A stretch of 52,616 bases of DNA from IMG/VR virus record IMGVR_UViG_3300036791_000154, positions 1-52,616 of that record; one strand, 5' to 3'. Source of the DNA: a virus (lineage: Duplodnaviria > Caudoviricetes). The translations under genes and the position numbers were made by a program. The notes below the pieces were generated by a model that did not search any database, was not told where the DNA came from, and was given only the letters and a program-made list of their open reading frames with translations. Numbering within the stretch: the first letter of the stretch is position 1; every line of letters starts with the position of its first letter. Positions 1 through 11,383 of this stretch are shown piece by piece.

Positions 1-3000
1 CAAATCTAAGTGTTTCTGTATATGTTGGATTGCCTGGCAGAGTTATACGTCGCTGTACCACAAGCCCAGTAGCACCAAGTGTAATCTCGGCTCCAGCATT
101 GTCGCTTAATGGGTGTGCATGGGTCGCACTGCCACCAGCCATACCTGGATTTCCACCATATGGGAAACGACTATTCATGCTAGGCAAATCAAAGGTAGTT
201 GTGCCATCTCCAACACCGTATGCCGTACCAATAGCTGCAAACAATGCCGAGTAAGTTGATCGACTTACTGCTGATCCATCACATAGCAACCATCCTGATG
301 GAGCAGCGTTTCCAGCAAACATCATTACCGATGCTGTCGGTGCTGCACCAGATGATGGTCCAGCCGCACCTTGTGGACCTGGAATGCCTTGTGGGCCAAC
401 TAAACCTGGACCCTCAGCATCCATAAACCAACGGCCACCAACTGAGACATAGCCGTTAGTACCACCATTGCTAAGGAATACTAAAGATAGTGAGCCATCT
501 TGTAATGCATCAATACGAGCACCAGCATTATCATATGAAACATTCACGAATATATGCTCATATTTAGGTGGGAATGGAATACTTCCAGCAGCACACAGCA
601 ACGTATTTACCGATGTAGTACCACCCTTGATGAGACCACGTACCGTGCAAACACCATTCTTATTAAGTGTGAACGTCAAGCTAGCAAAGCCAGCACCGTA
701 GTTCGCCCATGAATTGAGCAGCGTTGGAAATCGCCAATCACCTTGCGGGCTAGCAAGGACAACGCCATCTAGGCAAACCCATCCATTACTACCACCGCCA
801 GTATATCCATTGAGATAGATATTGCCATTACTCCAGATATCAAGCCGTGCCATAGCTGTACCAGCGGTTCCAGCACAAGCAACAACAAACATCTGATTAG
901 CATCTGGCCTAATATTGGCTGGTAGTGTAGCGATAGCCGATGGCTGGATTGAGCCATTTTGGATTGTACCGGATAGATGAACATCACCAACATTATCAAC
1001 GTAATATCTAGCTGGCGCACTACTGTAATTAGTCCAGCCACTGCCTAATGTTAACGGCTGCCAATTCAATGATTGGGCATCATCAGCCATAAATGTTATG
1101 CCTTCAACACCATAACCACCAGCAGTAGCAACACCAATCCAGTAATATACTTCACCAGTTGGATTAATACGCCAACAGGCACCACCCCATGTTAATTCAT
1201 AGATAACATAGCCAGGTCTAAAGCCAACAGGCAATGTAAATATGGGTGTTGTTTGTGATGGTGCGATGTTGTTAAAGAATCCTTCAAGAAATACACACCC
1301 AGCTTGATCACGACGAAATCGACCAGCCGTATATGTCTTACCAGTAGCATCATATCCAGCAGCGTTACGTACTGGCTCGCCAGGCTGAGCTAAATAATGC
1401 CAACCAGAATCTGATGGACCACTAGGTATAACAGTTTGCCATTGCGCGTCATAATCAGTATTGGATTTCTTAGCCAATGCTTGGCCAGTAGTACCGCCAG
1501 GTGGAATACCATTAAAGGCTGTCGGCGACTGAGCAATACTAAGATTGGCTCTATCGCATTGGGCATTCCCACCGCCACTAGGCAAGTTAAGCGTGACAAC
1601 AAAGCGCATAAGACCGACACCAGATGGAATCATGAATGTCGGCGCTTGATAATGCGCCCATGTTGACGTCAAAGCTGTTGGCGCTAAGACATCATTAACA
1701 ACTGAACCAGTTACAAAGTAATCAGGATTGCCACCAGGCGGCGCAGTGATCAATGTTAGTTGAACTGTTGCGCCAGGCGTTGGCGACTTTGCCCATACGT
1801 CACAAGTCCAAACTTGCCCAGGTGTGACGGCAATAACCTGATTTTCAAATCGCTGATATGACTGGGTTGTGCCACTAATCTGGGCACCATTCGCATCATA
1901 TGAATTGGGGTAAATAATATGCGATATTGTTGGGTTACCAGTCTGCCAGTAAATACCCCATGCGCCTGGTGTATTCGCGTTTTGCCATTGATCAAATGAA
2001 TAATCAACGAGCACATTCGCTGCTGGATTATCTGGTGGTCCTGGCGGTCCTGCTCCACCGGGTACACCTTGTGATCCTTGTGGACCTTGTGTGCCTTGAA
2101 TTCCCTGCGGTCCTTGCGGTCCAGGTGGTCCTTCTAATTGGCCATCTTGATTCCATTGGGTGCCATCATAGACCCACATTATCCCAGTATCATAAAGGAA
2201 AACGTCACCGTTAGCGGGTGATGGAACGGAGCCAGCATCATTATATGGCTCGCCTTGCACATACCATTTAGTTCCAGGTGGTCCTGTTGGTCCAGGCGGT
2301 CCACCGGGCGTCCCTGGAACACCTTGCGCGCCTGTATCGCCTTGTGGTCCTTGTGGACCTAATGGTCCTTGTGGACCTGTTGGACCAGCAACACCAGCAG
2401 GTCCAGTATTACCTTGTGCGCCAGTTGCTCCAGTGGGACCGATTGGCCCAGTAGCGCCTGGCAATCCTTGCGCGCCAGTAGATCCAGCAGGTCCGGTAGC
2501 GCCAGTATTTCCAGTTGCACCCGCTGGTCCAGCCGGTCCAGTTTGCCCTTGTATTCCTTGCGGTCCTGTTGCTCCAGTCGGACCTTGCGCGCCGTTTGCC
2601 CCAGTAGGCCCAGGTATTCCTTGCGGTCCTTGCGGTCCAGGCACTGTTGACGCTGGTCCCGCTGGGCCTTGTGGTCCAATTGGCGAAGCTTCTAAATCAA
2701 CCAACCAACGCATTGCCAATGAAACATAGGCATTCGTGCCACCTGATTGAAAACCTTGGAAGCTAAGCGAACCATCAATCATGATGTCAACGCGACAACA
2801 AGTATTTGCATTGGCACCATTGACATACAGATATTCATATCGAGGCGATACGCCAGGATTGGGGAAGTTATTAGCTGCTACAACTGGTGTTGGGATAGTG
2901 ACAGTGCCACCCTTTATCAAACCGCGAGTAGCAGATACACCAAACTTATTCTGACAGTGTTGTGCTGGTGCCCATACAGAACCGTAGTTCACCCATGAGT

Positions 3001-4090
3001 TAGTTAGTGTCAAGTTTCCCCATGTACCACTGGGGTTCGAGATGACTATGCCATCTAAACTTACTGCGGCATTGCTGCCAGTGCTAGCAAAGCCCATGAC
3101 CATAAGGTTGCCGTTAGCGTCAAGGTCAACCCTGGCTGTTCCACCTCCACCAGCACCACCAGCAGCAGCAACATATATCGTCTGGAAATTACCAGTCGAT
3201 GCTAAACCAGCAGGCAATGTTGCAAAGAAATTGCCAACGCCAGTAGTACCACCAGCGATGCGTCCTGATAGGTGAACATCACCAGCTGGATCAACATAAT
3301 ATCGTGCTGGTGCATAGCCAGACATGTTTGTCCAGCCGCTACCTAATGTTAGTAGCGTCCATACTGGTGGCGATGCAGAATCCTCAGCCATATACTGACA
3401 ATTATGGAATGCGACTGGCTGGCTCGTATTGCCAATGTCGCCATTGTAGAACACATCACCATTGGGATTGATGAGAATAGCGCCAGTGTTTCCACCACCA
3501 CATTGACCAATCATTACAATGGGATACGCAGGTCTAAAGCCTGGCGGCATTGTAAAGACTGGCACTGTAGATGATGGCAACATAGAGCCAATAAACAAAT
3601 CAATCCATACTTGCCCTGCACCATCACGTCTAATGCGACCGCGACCAAACCCAATTGCACTTTGTGTATATGGTGCCGCTGGAGATGCAGGGTTGAATGA
3701 GATATCCCCACTGACACCAAAGTAAAGCCAACCGCTATCTAGTGATGATGCTGCGCCTCCACCGGCGGCTTCTGTTATCCAGTGAGTGTCATAATCAGTA
3801 GCACTTTGCTTCGCTAATATCTGGCCGGTTGCACCCGCTGCTGGAATTCCTTGCCCTGGATTTCCTTGTGGCCCCGTTGGCCCAGTAGCACCAGCCGATC
3901 CAGTATTACCTTGTGCGCCTTGCGATCCTGTGGGACCTTGCGGTCCTGTCGAGCCTGTTGGACCTGTTGGCCCAGTTGGTCCTGCTGGACCTTGCGCGCC
4001 TTGTCCTACATAGGTTTTGCGCTCCAGTACGCCAACACGACCATTCAAATTGTCTAGCGCCTTTATAGGATTGGGAGGCAATGTGGCCAT
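1..4090 (-). CDS. Long tail fibre / receptor-binding protein with collagen repeats, six repeated beta modules and a C-terminal tail-collar domain (runs off window start)
   Basis: ATG at 4090 ([41 protein letters not shown]...). It is absent from the ORF track, consistent with no stop before position 1. It has Gly-X-Y runs, and a tail-collar motif near 340-150 ([49 protein letters not shown]). Confidence 0.9.
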   Translation of the reverse strand, partial: MATLPPNPIKALDNLNGRVGVLERKTYVGQGAQGPAGPTGPTGPTGSTGPQGPTGSQGAQGNTGSAGATGPTGPQGNPGQGIPAAGATGQILAKQSATDYDTHWITEAAGGGAASSLDSGWLYFGVSGDISFNPASPAAPYTQSAIGFGRGRIRRDGAGQVWIDLFIGSMLPSSTVPVFTMPPGFRPAYPIVMIGQCGGGNTGAILINPNGDVFYNGDIGNTSQPVAFHNCQYMAEDSASPPVWTLLTLGSGWTNMSGYAPARYYVDPAGDVHLSGRIAGGTTGVGNFFATLPAGLASTGNFQTIYVAAAGGAGGGGTARVDLDANGNLMVMGFASTGSNAAVSLDGIVISNPSGTWGNLTLTNSWVNYGSVWAPAQHCQNKFGVSATRGLIKGGTVTIPTPVVAANNFPNPGVSPRYEYLYVNGANANTCCRVDIMIDGSLSFQGFQSGGTNAYVSLAMRWLVDLEASPIGPQGPAGPASTVPGPQGPQGIPGPTGANGAQGPTGATGPQGIQGQTGPAGPAGATGNTGATGPAGSTGAQGLPGATGPIGPTGATGAQGNTGPAGVAGPTGPQGPLGPQGPQGDTGAQGVPGTPGGPPGPTGPPGTKWYVQGEPYNDAGSVPSPANGDVFLYDTGIMWVYDGTQWNQDGQLEGPPGPQGPQGIQGTQGPQGSQGVPGGAGPPGPPDNPAANVLVDYSFDQWQNANTPGAWGIYWQTGNPTISHIIYPNSYDANGAQISGTTQSYQRFENQVIAVTPGQVWTCDVWAKSPTPGATVQLTLITAPPGGNPDYFVTGSVVNDVLAPTALTSTWAHYQAPTFMIPSGVGLMRFVVTLNLPSGGGNAQCDRANLSIAQSPTAFNGIPPGGTTGQALAKKSNTDYDAQWQTVIPSGPSDSGWHYLAQPGEPVRNAAGYDATGKTYTAGRFRRDQAGCVFLEGFFNNIAPSQTTPIFTLPVGFRPGYVIYELTWGGACWRINPTGEVYYWIGVATAGGYGVEGITFMADDAQSLNWQPLTLGSGWTNYSSAPARYYVDNVGDVHLSGTIQNGSIQPSAIATLPANIRPDANQMFVVACAGTAGTAMARLDIWSNGNIYLNGYTGGGSNGWVCLDGVVLASPQGDWRFPTLLNSWANYGAGFASLTFTLNKNGVCTVRGLIKGGTTSVNTLLCAAGSIPFPPKYEHIFVNVSYDNAGARIDALQDGSLSLVFLSNGGTNGYVSVGGRWFMDAEGPGLVGPQGIPGPQGAAGPSSGAAPTASVMMFAGNAAPSGWLLCDGSAVSRSTYSALFAAIGTAYGVGDGTTTFDLPSMNSRFPYGGNPGMAGGSATHAHPLSDNAGAEITLGATGLVVQRRITLPGNPTYTETLRF

Positions 4091-4102
4091 GTTTTCACAT
4101 CC

Positions 4103-5155
4103 TTAGTACGGCATAAATGGTGGCTTGACTAAGGTCAAATTAACCTGATGATCAGCACCATCATCAGATAAAGTAAGGTCCAATTGGGTTATGCGGTAGT
4201 TGTCGTTGATGTTGATGCGACCACTTTTGACGATAAACTTTATGATGTCGCCAACCCATGCGTCAGCCTGATTAATCCAAACGCCTTTCTTTAGCTGGCA
4301 TGTCCATGTCGCTGCGACTAGTTGCATGTTAGTTGCTTGCTGATTAGCGAACGCTACTAAGTGAGAATGATCAACGATACTTGGGTCACTTGCTACATTC
4401 ATTAATCGACCTTGCGGGGCAGTCGCGATGCCTGCTGCATCTTGCACTATTGGAGTAAGTGCCATATCACCGCTAGCAAAAACAGAGTCGGCAAAAGACC
4501 CAGTATCAAGGCTTCGACTAACCTGCGCAACTGCACCGCCATACTCCATAACGAAAGTATTGTTTTGCCGATAGTAGAATGGCGAAACGGCTTTCAGGTT
4601 TAAGCCCAACAATGAAACTGGAATCACTTGCCAGCCAAAGCCATTCATGGACGCAATGACATCTTTAGCTGTACCGCCAACCAACGTATCAAAGTTAATT
4701 GTGCTTGTTGGCATCTGACTTGAATCAAGCGTTAACTGTGGCTGTATCCCAGGACGCCCCAATATCCAAACGAGAATGTCGTTCATGACTTTTGCTGATG
4801 TCACGCCACGCCACGATAAGGGTGCGCCAGGTCCAAGGATTTGCCGACCTAACCATTCACGATAATCAAAGCAATTTATCGTTGTCTTATGGCTTTGCTC
4901 ATCAATTGCATCTGACGTTGTGCCAACGCGCCCACGCCAAAATAATTGGCCATACCGATAAACCCATACATCAGTTACTAGTTCTGTGATGTACTGGAAT
5001 ACCGTGTCATGGCCATCTAATATAAACTGAAACTTGCTCGCATCATCGACTAAGAAATTAAATTGCCTCCCAGTTGCATTAGCGATAGCGACTTGCGGAC
5101 CAGTATTCCACTGCCCCGCAGCCATTGTCCATGGTGACTGTGTAGTAGCAGTCAT
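4103..5155 (-). CDS. Minor tail protein (baseplate hub / Gp37-like)
   Basis: 350 aa ORF between the Dit-associated genes and the tail fibre; the LFWRGRV and GDIIKF..YRI motifs are typical of siphophage hub proteins. Confidence 0.7.
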   Translation of the reverse strand: MTATTQSPWTMAAGQWNTGPQVAIANATGRQFNFLVDDASKFQFILDGHDTVFQYITELVTDVWVYRYGQLFWRGRVGTTSDAIDEQSHKTTINCFDYREWLGRQILGPGAPLSWRGVTSAKVMNDILVWILGRPGIQPQLTLDSSQMPTSTINFDTLVGGTAKDVIASMNGFGWQVIPVSLLGLNLKAVSPFYYRQNNTFVMEYGGAVAQVSRSLDTGSFADSVFASGDMALTPIVQDAAGIATAPQGRLMNVASDPSIVDHSHLVAFANQQATNMQLVAATWTCQLKKGVWINQADAWVGDIIKFIVKSGRININDNYRITQLDLTLSDDGADHQVNLTLVKPPFMPY

Positions 5156-6378
5156 GTCCTAGCCAGGCGCGTTAAAGTCATTTTCACTGGGACAGTGTTG
5201 CTATGCGCTGGATATGAACGTGTAGCCAAACTATCCTGATACACATCCATTTCTATTGCAGTACCAGCCGTTAACCAATCCATGCCGCTAAGAGTGTCGG
5301 CAACACCAGTAACCGCTGCATGCAAACTTTGACTAATGATTACACCAGAAGTCGCATTGTTGATTCGCAGACCAACACGCCCAGTTGCTGATGCATGCTG
5401 CACGGCACAATTGATTTCCCAGAAGCCATCAGTAGGCACCTTGACTTGCGCGCCAGTGATCGTAAATAAACCGTCTGGCTCACTTGATTTTGGATAAGCT
5501 TGCTTTGTCATTGTCAAGCCTGTCCACGTTGCATTGTTAACGTTTTGCACTGCCGCATGCGTTGCCACACAACGCGATGGTGCCGTAACTGGAATCCATG
5601 TTCCCCATACGCCACCGACTAAAGCTCGCGTCCACATAACCGTCGGTGCCGCTAATGTCATTGCCATTTGCGTTTGATTATTGGCATCTTGCACAGCGAC
5701 ATACAACAGAGAACCACTAGCAATTGATGGGGTATTCGCGTCTCCAGTACCGATGTAGTAAAAGCCGCTATGCATAATCGCATTAGCATCTGGAGCATGC
5801 ACTGCTAAAGGATTGTTTGACGCATGCGGCTGAACATTTGTAATCATGTTAGTGAGGATGTTCACCCCACCAACAGAACGCAAAATCGTTGCCAAAAGTA
5901 TTGCGTCATTGGGTGTCGCGGGTATTACCGGCGTCGCTGCCTCTTGCCCCGCAATCGCTTGAATTGACCAGCGATAGTTATGGGTATTTGTTATCTGGCC
6001 ATCTTCGATGACAAGGCAAATGATGTCGTAACGCTGATACGTTACTGGCTGACTTGGAGGCTGCACATTGACAGTCGATGGGTTATAAACGAGATAACTA
6101 CCCTGATTAGCAATGGTAGTTCCTGGGATTATTGCAGTGCCTAGCGAGACATTGCACGTAGGATCACCGTTGCCATTTTGGGTAACATTGAATTCGCCAT
6201 TGTTAATGACGCCTGGCGATGTGAATACAGCGCCAATCAATGACCTAAAGTTTTGCGAGCTATAGCAAATTTGCGCATCACCTGGAGCTGGCTGCATCCA
6301 CACTGGTGGGCTTGCACCATAGGCGATTGGCCCACTAGCCAAAGGCGAAACTTCTGGAGCCAGAGTTTCAGTTGTCAT
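5152..6378 (-). CDS. Minor tail protein
   Basis: ORF in the tail module, likely start MTTETLAPE after AGGAG. The RYDIICL...PATP..AILLATI motif is common in actinophage minor tail proteins. Confidence 0.7.
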   Translation of the reverse strand: MTTETLAPEVSPLASGPIAYGASPPVWMQPAPGDAQICYSSQNFRSLIGAVFTSPGVINNGEFNVTQNGNGDPTCNVSLGTAIIPGTTIANQGSYLVYNPSTVNVQPPSQPVTYQRYDIICLVIEDGQITNTHNYRWSIQAIAGQEAATPVIPATPNDAILLATILRSVGGVNILTNMITNVQPHASNNPLAVHAPDANAIMHSGFYYIGTGDANTPSIASGSLLYVAVQDANNQTQMAMTLAAPTVMWTRALVGGVWGTWIPVTAPSRCVATHAAVQNVNNATWTGLTMTKQAYPKSSEPDGLFTITGAQVKVPTDGFWEINCAVQHASATGRVGLRINNATSGVIISQSLHAAVTGVADTLSGMDWLTAGTAIEMDVYQDSLATRSYPAHSNTVPVKMTLTRLART

Positions 6379-6386
6379 GGCTACTC

Positions 6387-7292
6387 CTAAATCCACCTAT
6401 GGCGATATTGCATAGTGCAAGTGCCAGCAGCGCTACCGCTAAACGTGTAATTGATTTGATTCATACCTGGAGCCAATGTCAACCACGAGCTTTTCGTATA
6501 GTCATATAAACTAAGGCGATTAAGCGTGGGATCATTGTTCTCATAAATAGTGCGGTTATGACAGGCAATCCATAACACTTGTCCAGGATTTACCGTACCA
6601 TTTAAGTAGATTCCCTGCTTAGTTGTCATGTTGATAATCGCAGGATTGACTACTTGCCCAACTATGATAATGATTGGGTAGACAACGACATTGCCTTCAT
6701 TATCAATCTCTGTCGTTGTCCCTACATAGCCTTGTGGGATAGTGAACGCACAAGGATCGGCACTAAAGCAATACCCAGTGTTTGTTACACAAAGTCCACC
6801 AGTGCCTACTCCAGCAGCAATCGGCGATGACACTTGATCAGCAGATTCACTAACACCTGCTGGGGCTTTCCACGCTGCGCTCGCTGAAATGACAGGTCCA
6901 TATTGGCGCGTCAATGGCGACGTTAATGTGTCACCGCGTAATTGAATTCGACGCTCACCGTCATAACCATTCTCTTGAAAGTAAATCCATGGCCGTCGTG
7001 ATGGTGCCGCAAGTGCGCGAATCTTATCCCATATTACTGCGGGATAAGGCGCATCCTGTGTCGGCACAACATAGCCATTCCACGTTACTGCTCTGTCACC
7101 CCAGAATTGCGTAAGGTCAGTTACCCCATCGCTATTGGGGTTATTGTTCTCGACTGCTCTGGGTGCTGGCCAACCATAATCAATCGAGCCAGTGAATATC
7201 GGACCAGCGCAAAAGTGTGGATCAGCGTCATCGTATTGCAACTGGATTGATTCACCAGTAATTTCGTCAACTAATCGCGAGGTAGTAGCCAT
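6387..7292 (-). CDS. Distal tail protein (Dit)
   Basis: Directly after the tape measure gene; C-terminal WLTLAPGMNQI..YRHRWI is a Dit-type signature. Confidence 0.75.
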   Translation of the reverse strand: MATTSRLVDEITGESIQLQYDDADPHFCAGPIFTGSIDYGWPAPRAVENNNPNSDGVTDLTQFWGDRAVTWNGYVVPTQDAPYPAVIWDKIRALAAPSRRPWIYFQENGYDGERRIQLRGDTLTSPLTRQYGPVISASAAWKAPAGVSESADQVSSPIAAGVGTGGLCVTNTGYCFSADPCAFTIPQGYVGTTTEIDNEGNVVVYPIIIIVGQVVNPAIINMTTKQGIYLNGTVNPGQVLWIACHNRTIYENNDPTLNRLSLYDYTKSSWLTLAPGMNQINYTFSGSAAGTCTMQYRHRWI

Positions 7293-9460
7293 CAGAGCCT
7301 ACTTGCTACTAAGGCAGCTTCCAGCTTTTGCACAATAGCTGCTGGGGAATTGTGCCCAAAGTCGATAGTCGCATTAGGGAATAGATTGATGATACGACCG
7401 CCTGCACTATGCCCAGCCAGACTTACTCCATGACCACTAATCTCAGGTATTGCACCAGCCGCCATCATGCTGGATGCATTCGCTACTAGATGCTTATTCT
7501 TAGTGATGCCACCAGCCATACCCTGCACTACATTAAGACCAATCTCTTCCATCACCTTAGATGGTGACAGCATCTTTAAGACTTTTCTGATTGGAGCAGG
7601 GATGCTATTAACGACAGTGCTTGTAACCGCTGAGACAAGCGAACCAGCCATACTAGTAATGCCATTAATCAAGCCCTGGATAACACTGTTGCCAGCGCTA
7701 ATAAGCCATGATCCAGCACCGCTAACGGCATTGAGCGCATCCTGTCTCAATCCGCTTAAACCGCGACTGATAGCCCCACCTACGGTGCCTGCAAGACTGC
7801 CCAATGCACCCGCTATTCTGCCTGGCAAACTTTGGAACCAACTAGTCGCACTGCCAACAAGGTTAGAGATTGCGCCTATCGCGCTATGCCACATTCCAGT
7901 TACAAAGCCAACGACATCGCTAGCCATACGACTAACAAAGCTTGAAACATCACGCCAAAGCTTCTCAAAGAATGGGGCAATCACATTCCAGTGTTGAATG
8001 ATCAGCAACGGTATGCCGATAAACGGCATGGTCGCAGCAAGGATAATTGGCCCATATTTCTTGATGATATTTACAACAGTCTTCCAAGTATCATCAAAGA
8101 ATTTGATGAAGTCTTTGAATGCACTAGTTACGGCATGCAACGCATCCATGAAGTATTGCTTTAGATCATGCGCAACCAAATTGACTAAATCATGGAACGG
8201 CTTGATCTTCATGTATGCCAGGATAAAGCCACCAGCCAAAAGAGCAATACCAGCAACGATAAGGATAATCGGTCCCAGTGCTGCATCCTCTGATAAGCCC
8301 AAAGCGACGTTAACGCCAGTCGATATCTTGGCGATAGCGTTTTGCAGCTTTTCTATTTCCATGAATTCTTTGAATGCTTTAACGCCTCTTCCTAGCTTGC
8401 CAATAATGCCAGACTCAATGATTGCACCGAGACCCATCATAACTGGCCCAGCAGCTTGTATCGCCGGACCAACCTTTTGCCCCACAGTAGAAGCGAAATC
8501 TTCGATTCTTGCGCGTGCCGCTTTCATGTGTCCAGTGAATGTATCGGCAGCTACGCTTGCCTGTCCAGCAAGCTTTTTAGCTAAAAGATCAGAGGCAGCG
8601 GCACCAATATTGGTGTTCGCAGTCATGCCCTTTATTTCTTTCTGTAAATCCTTTGCTTTTATAGTGTTCGTTGCGATCGCTGCTGTTAACGCCGCGCGCG
8701 TTGCTTTATCCTTTGTATTTATTTTTTCCAGTTTCTCTGTCTCGATTGCTGATTGAAGCTTTGCTAACGCATCTTCCTTTTCTTTCCTAACGCCAGTGTC
8801 AGAAAGTTTATTAATCTCGGCAGTAGTAATCCCATACTGTTTAAGCGTCTTTGTATTGCCGTTCATTACTCTTGCGACGATGCCTGCAGCATTAGCTAGG
8901 CTGACATGTTTTTGGGAAGCAAGGTCAGTTACTAACTGCATGTTTTTATATGACTCAGAAACGTTTCCAGTACGAGATACTAAGACACCCATAGCCCTAG
9001 CGGTATCTACTGCCGTATAACCAAAGTGCTCTTCATGATGGATTGTCTCTTCTGTTTTCTTGCTGTATTCATCCCACGAACCACCAGCATTTACAACGAC
9101 ATCCTTTAGCTGGCCCATGGCGATTTTATCCTTATCACCCATGGTTACAAGCAATGTTCCAGTGGCTGTCGCAGCGGCACCGACACCCAAAAGGCTCTTG
9201 CCTACCTTGCTTTTCATGCCTTCTGTTGCAGTGCCGAATGTGTCCACCTTATCAAGCAATTCTTGCACTGGCGCTAACGCTGGACTAAACGATGACATTA
9301 GCGTGCCACTCATTGCCTTAAACGCAGTGCGAGCACGGTTGGAAGCTTGCTCTGATTTTTGACCGACTTGCTTTTCAACCTGATTGCCAGTGTTCGCTAA
9401 CGCTGGGGAAAACTCATCTTTCATCTTAACGTTAATGAAAGCTTCGCCAAGAATTACCAT
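7292..9460 (-). CDS. Tape measure protein
   Basis: 722 aa Ala/Gly-rich helical protein with hydrophobic segments and a SPSKVM motif; follows the tail assembly chaperones. Confidence 0.9.
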   Translation of the reverse strand: MVILGEAFINVKMKDEFSPALANTGNQVEKQVGQKSEQASNRARTAFKAMSGTLMSSFSPALAPVQELLDKVDTFGTATEGMKSKVGKSLLGVGAAATATGTLLVTMGDKDKIAMGQLKDVVVNAGGSWDEYSKKTEETIHHEEHFGYTAVDTARAMGVLVSRTGNVSESYKNMQLVTDLASQKHVSLANAAGIVARVMNGNTKTLKQYGITTAEINKLSDTGVRKEKEDALAKLQSAIETEKLEKINTKDKATRAALTAAIATNTIKAKDLQKEIKGMTANTNIGAAASDLLAKKLAGQASVAADTFTGHMKAARARIEDFASTVGQKVGPAIQAAGPVMMGLGAIIESGIIGKLGRGVKAFKEFMEIEKLQNAIAKISTGVNVALGLSEDAALGPIILIVAGIALLAGGFILAYMKIKPFHDLVNLVAHDLKQYFMDALHAVTSAFKDFIKFFDDTWKTVVNIIKKYGPIILAATMPFIGIPLLIIQHWNVIAPFFEKLWRDVSSFVSRMASDVVGFVTGMWHSAIGAISNLVGSATSWFQSLPGRIAGALGSLAGTVGGAISRGLSGLRQDALNAVSGAGSWLISAGNSVIQGLINGITSMAGSLVSAVTSTVVNSIPAPIRKVLKMLSPSKVMEEIGLNVVQGMAGGITKNKHLVANASSMMAAGAIPEISGHGVSLAGHSAGGRIINLFPNATIDFGHNSPAAIVQKLEAALVASRL

Positions 9461-9464
9461 GAGA

Positions 9465-9793
9465 TCACCCCTTTGCAGACTGGTGAATCTTGATTCCCAT
9501 TTGAGCCATCATCGCTGGTGACATCTTGAAAGGCTCTGGTTCCACCTTTATGTTGCGCTTGATCATCTCTGCTTGCACCATGTCACTAAGACGCTTATCG
9601 ACTATCTCGCGAGCCTCAACCCTGGATATCTCGAAGTTCATTAAATCCGAAATAATCATGCTGTAGCAAACGTTAACCAATTGCCTCGCATTCATCTTGT
9701 ATGGATTTTGCCCTGCTAATAACAAGCGACCTTCTACATCTTGCCAATTAGCGCGTGCCCAGCCGAATATGACTAGGCACTCTAAGTAGGGCG
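9465..9793 (-). CDS. Tail assembly chaperone, -1 frameshift extension
   Basis: The -1 frame is open from 9803 through the track ORF 9465-9725 (..YLECLVIFGWARANWQDVEGRLLLAGQNP..). It sits in the classic G/GT position before the tape measure gene. Confidence 0.6.
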
Positions 9794-10123
9794 GTCTCCA
9801 TATTCACCAGCTAACCATTCGAGAATTTCCCCCAGTGTTTCAATGGGAATCGCCGTATCAACGTCATTGATCAATGTCTTGAATCTCGCTCTGTCATAAG
9901 GCATTAAAGCCCCATCAAATAAACGAATCAATTCAGTAGACTGTATGCCAATTTCTGCATTCATTGCCGCTGCGATTTGCAATAGCAAACCACCAGCAAC
10001 ACTTGGGCGCGCTTGAAATTTGTCAGTCTGCTCAACAAATTCGTCATTGACCATGCGATCGTAAGTAACCTCGAAATCCAACGGTGGCCTCTTATCGCGA
10101 GGCGCTTTAAATTGCTTCGGCAT
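9782..10123 (-). CDS. Tail assembly chaperone
   Basis: 113 aa ending EWLAGEYGDRPT*, an ending typical of actinophage tail assembly chaperones. Confidence 0.75.
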   Translation of the reverse strand: MPKQFKAPRDKRPPLDFEVTYDRMVNDEFVEQTDKFQARPSVAGGLLLQIAAAMNAEIGIQSTELIRLFDGALMPYDRARFKTLINDVDTAIPIETLGEILEWLAGEYGDRPT

Positions 10124-10593
10124 TATCCCTCCACCGTTAGATGCAAGTTGTCTGTCAGATATCGATTAGGTGATGTTCCAGGATGTTGCACAACCATCGC
10201 TAATGCAAATCCGCCAGGCGCCCACGCTGCCGGGAATCGCAGAATCTTCGCTACTCGTGGGCGAATCTCATGCGGCTTAGTACCCTCATGATGCATAAGC
10301 GCTATTGGATGCTGACTTCCTACTTGCGCTTGAGGCATACTATCGGGATATTTCCCAGGCATAATGCGTTTGACAATGCTATCGCGAAGATTGCCGTAGC
10401 CTCCACCAGCGTGAACATGCCCCATGCGTATTTGATTTTTCGCTGCATCTTGCAAGACAACACAACGCTTAATCAGGTAGACCATTGCCATGCCATCAGG
10501 TCCATCCAAGATATTGGCAAGAACCTGATTATCAATGATAAAGGTTATGTTCTTGCTATTGTTGGGTCTGCCGCCAATCATTAGCCTACCCAC
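10123..10593 (-). CDS. Neck / tail-completion protein (HK97 gp10-like)
   Basis: GNLRDSI..., HEGTKPHEIRP and HPGTSPNRYL motifs; position in the head-tail module. Confidence 0.7.
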   Translation of the reverse strand: MGRLMIGGRPNNSKNITFIIDNQVLANILDGPDGMAMVYLIKRCVVLQDAAKNQIRMGHVHAGGGYGNLRDSIVKRIMPGKYPDSMPQAQVGSQHPIALMHHEGTKPHEIRPRVAKILRFPAAWAPGGFALAMVVQHPGTSPNRYLTDNLHLTVEG

Positions 10594-11081
10594 CCTGTAG
10601 GATTCATGACAAGCTCAACTGAATACATAATCTGATTGGCAACAAAGCCACCCATTGGGCCAATTGTATTCAATTGCCCCACAGTTGTGGGGATATTGCG
10701 GGGTACTACGAGATGCTGCGCATCGATGGCCTCCAATGATTGACGCAAATACATCGCATCATTCATCGTTATTGCCGATGTATTTTCCATGTCTTGCACG
10801 TCAGGCGCGCTACCGTCATCGTTGATTGTTGGGCAGCATCTCACTAACGTTATAAAATACTCGGCTGACCTGCGCATGATTGCATGCATGATTGGTCGTG
10901 GAGAGTCTTGACTTTGAAAGTTGGTAATGATTCTCGATAGATGAATCGTCAGTTGCTCGCAGTCAAAAGCTACGTCCATGCCAGGCGCGCAATAGACACG
11001 CTCTGGGATAGAACACCCCAATGACGTAAGCTGATTCTGCGTCTCAGTCAAAAGACTTTGCGCGAATACGTGAAGATCCAT
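10581..11081 (-). CDS. Probable tail terminator / head-tail joining protein
   Basis: Position, plus the DCEQL..VRCCP..GPMGG pattern seen in actinophage neck genes. Confidence 0.5.
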   Translation of the reverse strand: MDLHVFAQSLLTETQNQLTSLGCSIPERVYCAPGMDVAFDCEQLTIHLSRIITNFQSQDSPRPIMHAIMRRSAEYFITLVRCCPTINDDGSAPDVQDMENTSAITMNDAMYLRQSLEAIDAQHLVVPRNIPTTVGQLNTIGPMGGFVANQIMYSVELVMNPTGWVG

Positions 11082-11383
11082 CAGAATTCAACCGCCTGCT
11101 TAATGCCCTTTTCGTTGACTAAATCAACCGTTGCCGTGTATCTCTGTCCAGGCGAATACTCGACATACTTGTGGACAGCTAAATTAGTGCTGCCTGCCAA
11201 TGGTTCGGCTTCGCCATCGCCCCAATCAACAACCCATTCTTCACCGCTATTGTTAACGGTGATTCTTATCGCGCCAGCAACTTTCTTGCTGTATTCAACA
11301 CCAATAACGCCTTCCCATCCAGCAGCACTTTTGCTAGGTTGTGATGGGGTAAACGGGTCCATGTATGTCATGATGCTGGCCAT
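11081..11383 (-). CDS. Small virion protein with PKD-like motif
   Basis: VVDWGDG...HKY..PG.Y PKD-type signature. Confidence 0.5.
   Translation of the reverse strand: MASIMTYMDPFTPSQPSKSAAGWEGVIGVEYSKKVAGAIRITVNNSGEEWVVDWGDGEAEPLAGSTNLAVHKYVEYSPGQRYTATVDLVNEKGIKQAVEF

Noticed and set aside
2359-2729. Pro/Gly-rich ORFs in other frames
   Set aside because: Shadows of the collagen repeats in the tail fibre gene.
7467-9362. Long plus-strand ORFs (also 17875-18459, 26913-27497, 46305-46973)
   Set aside because: Antisense shadows of well-supported minus-strand genes.
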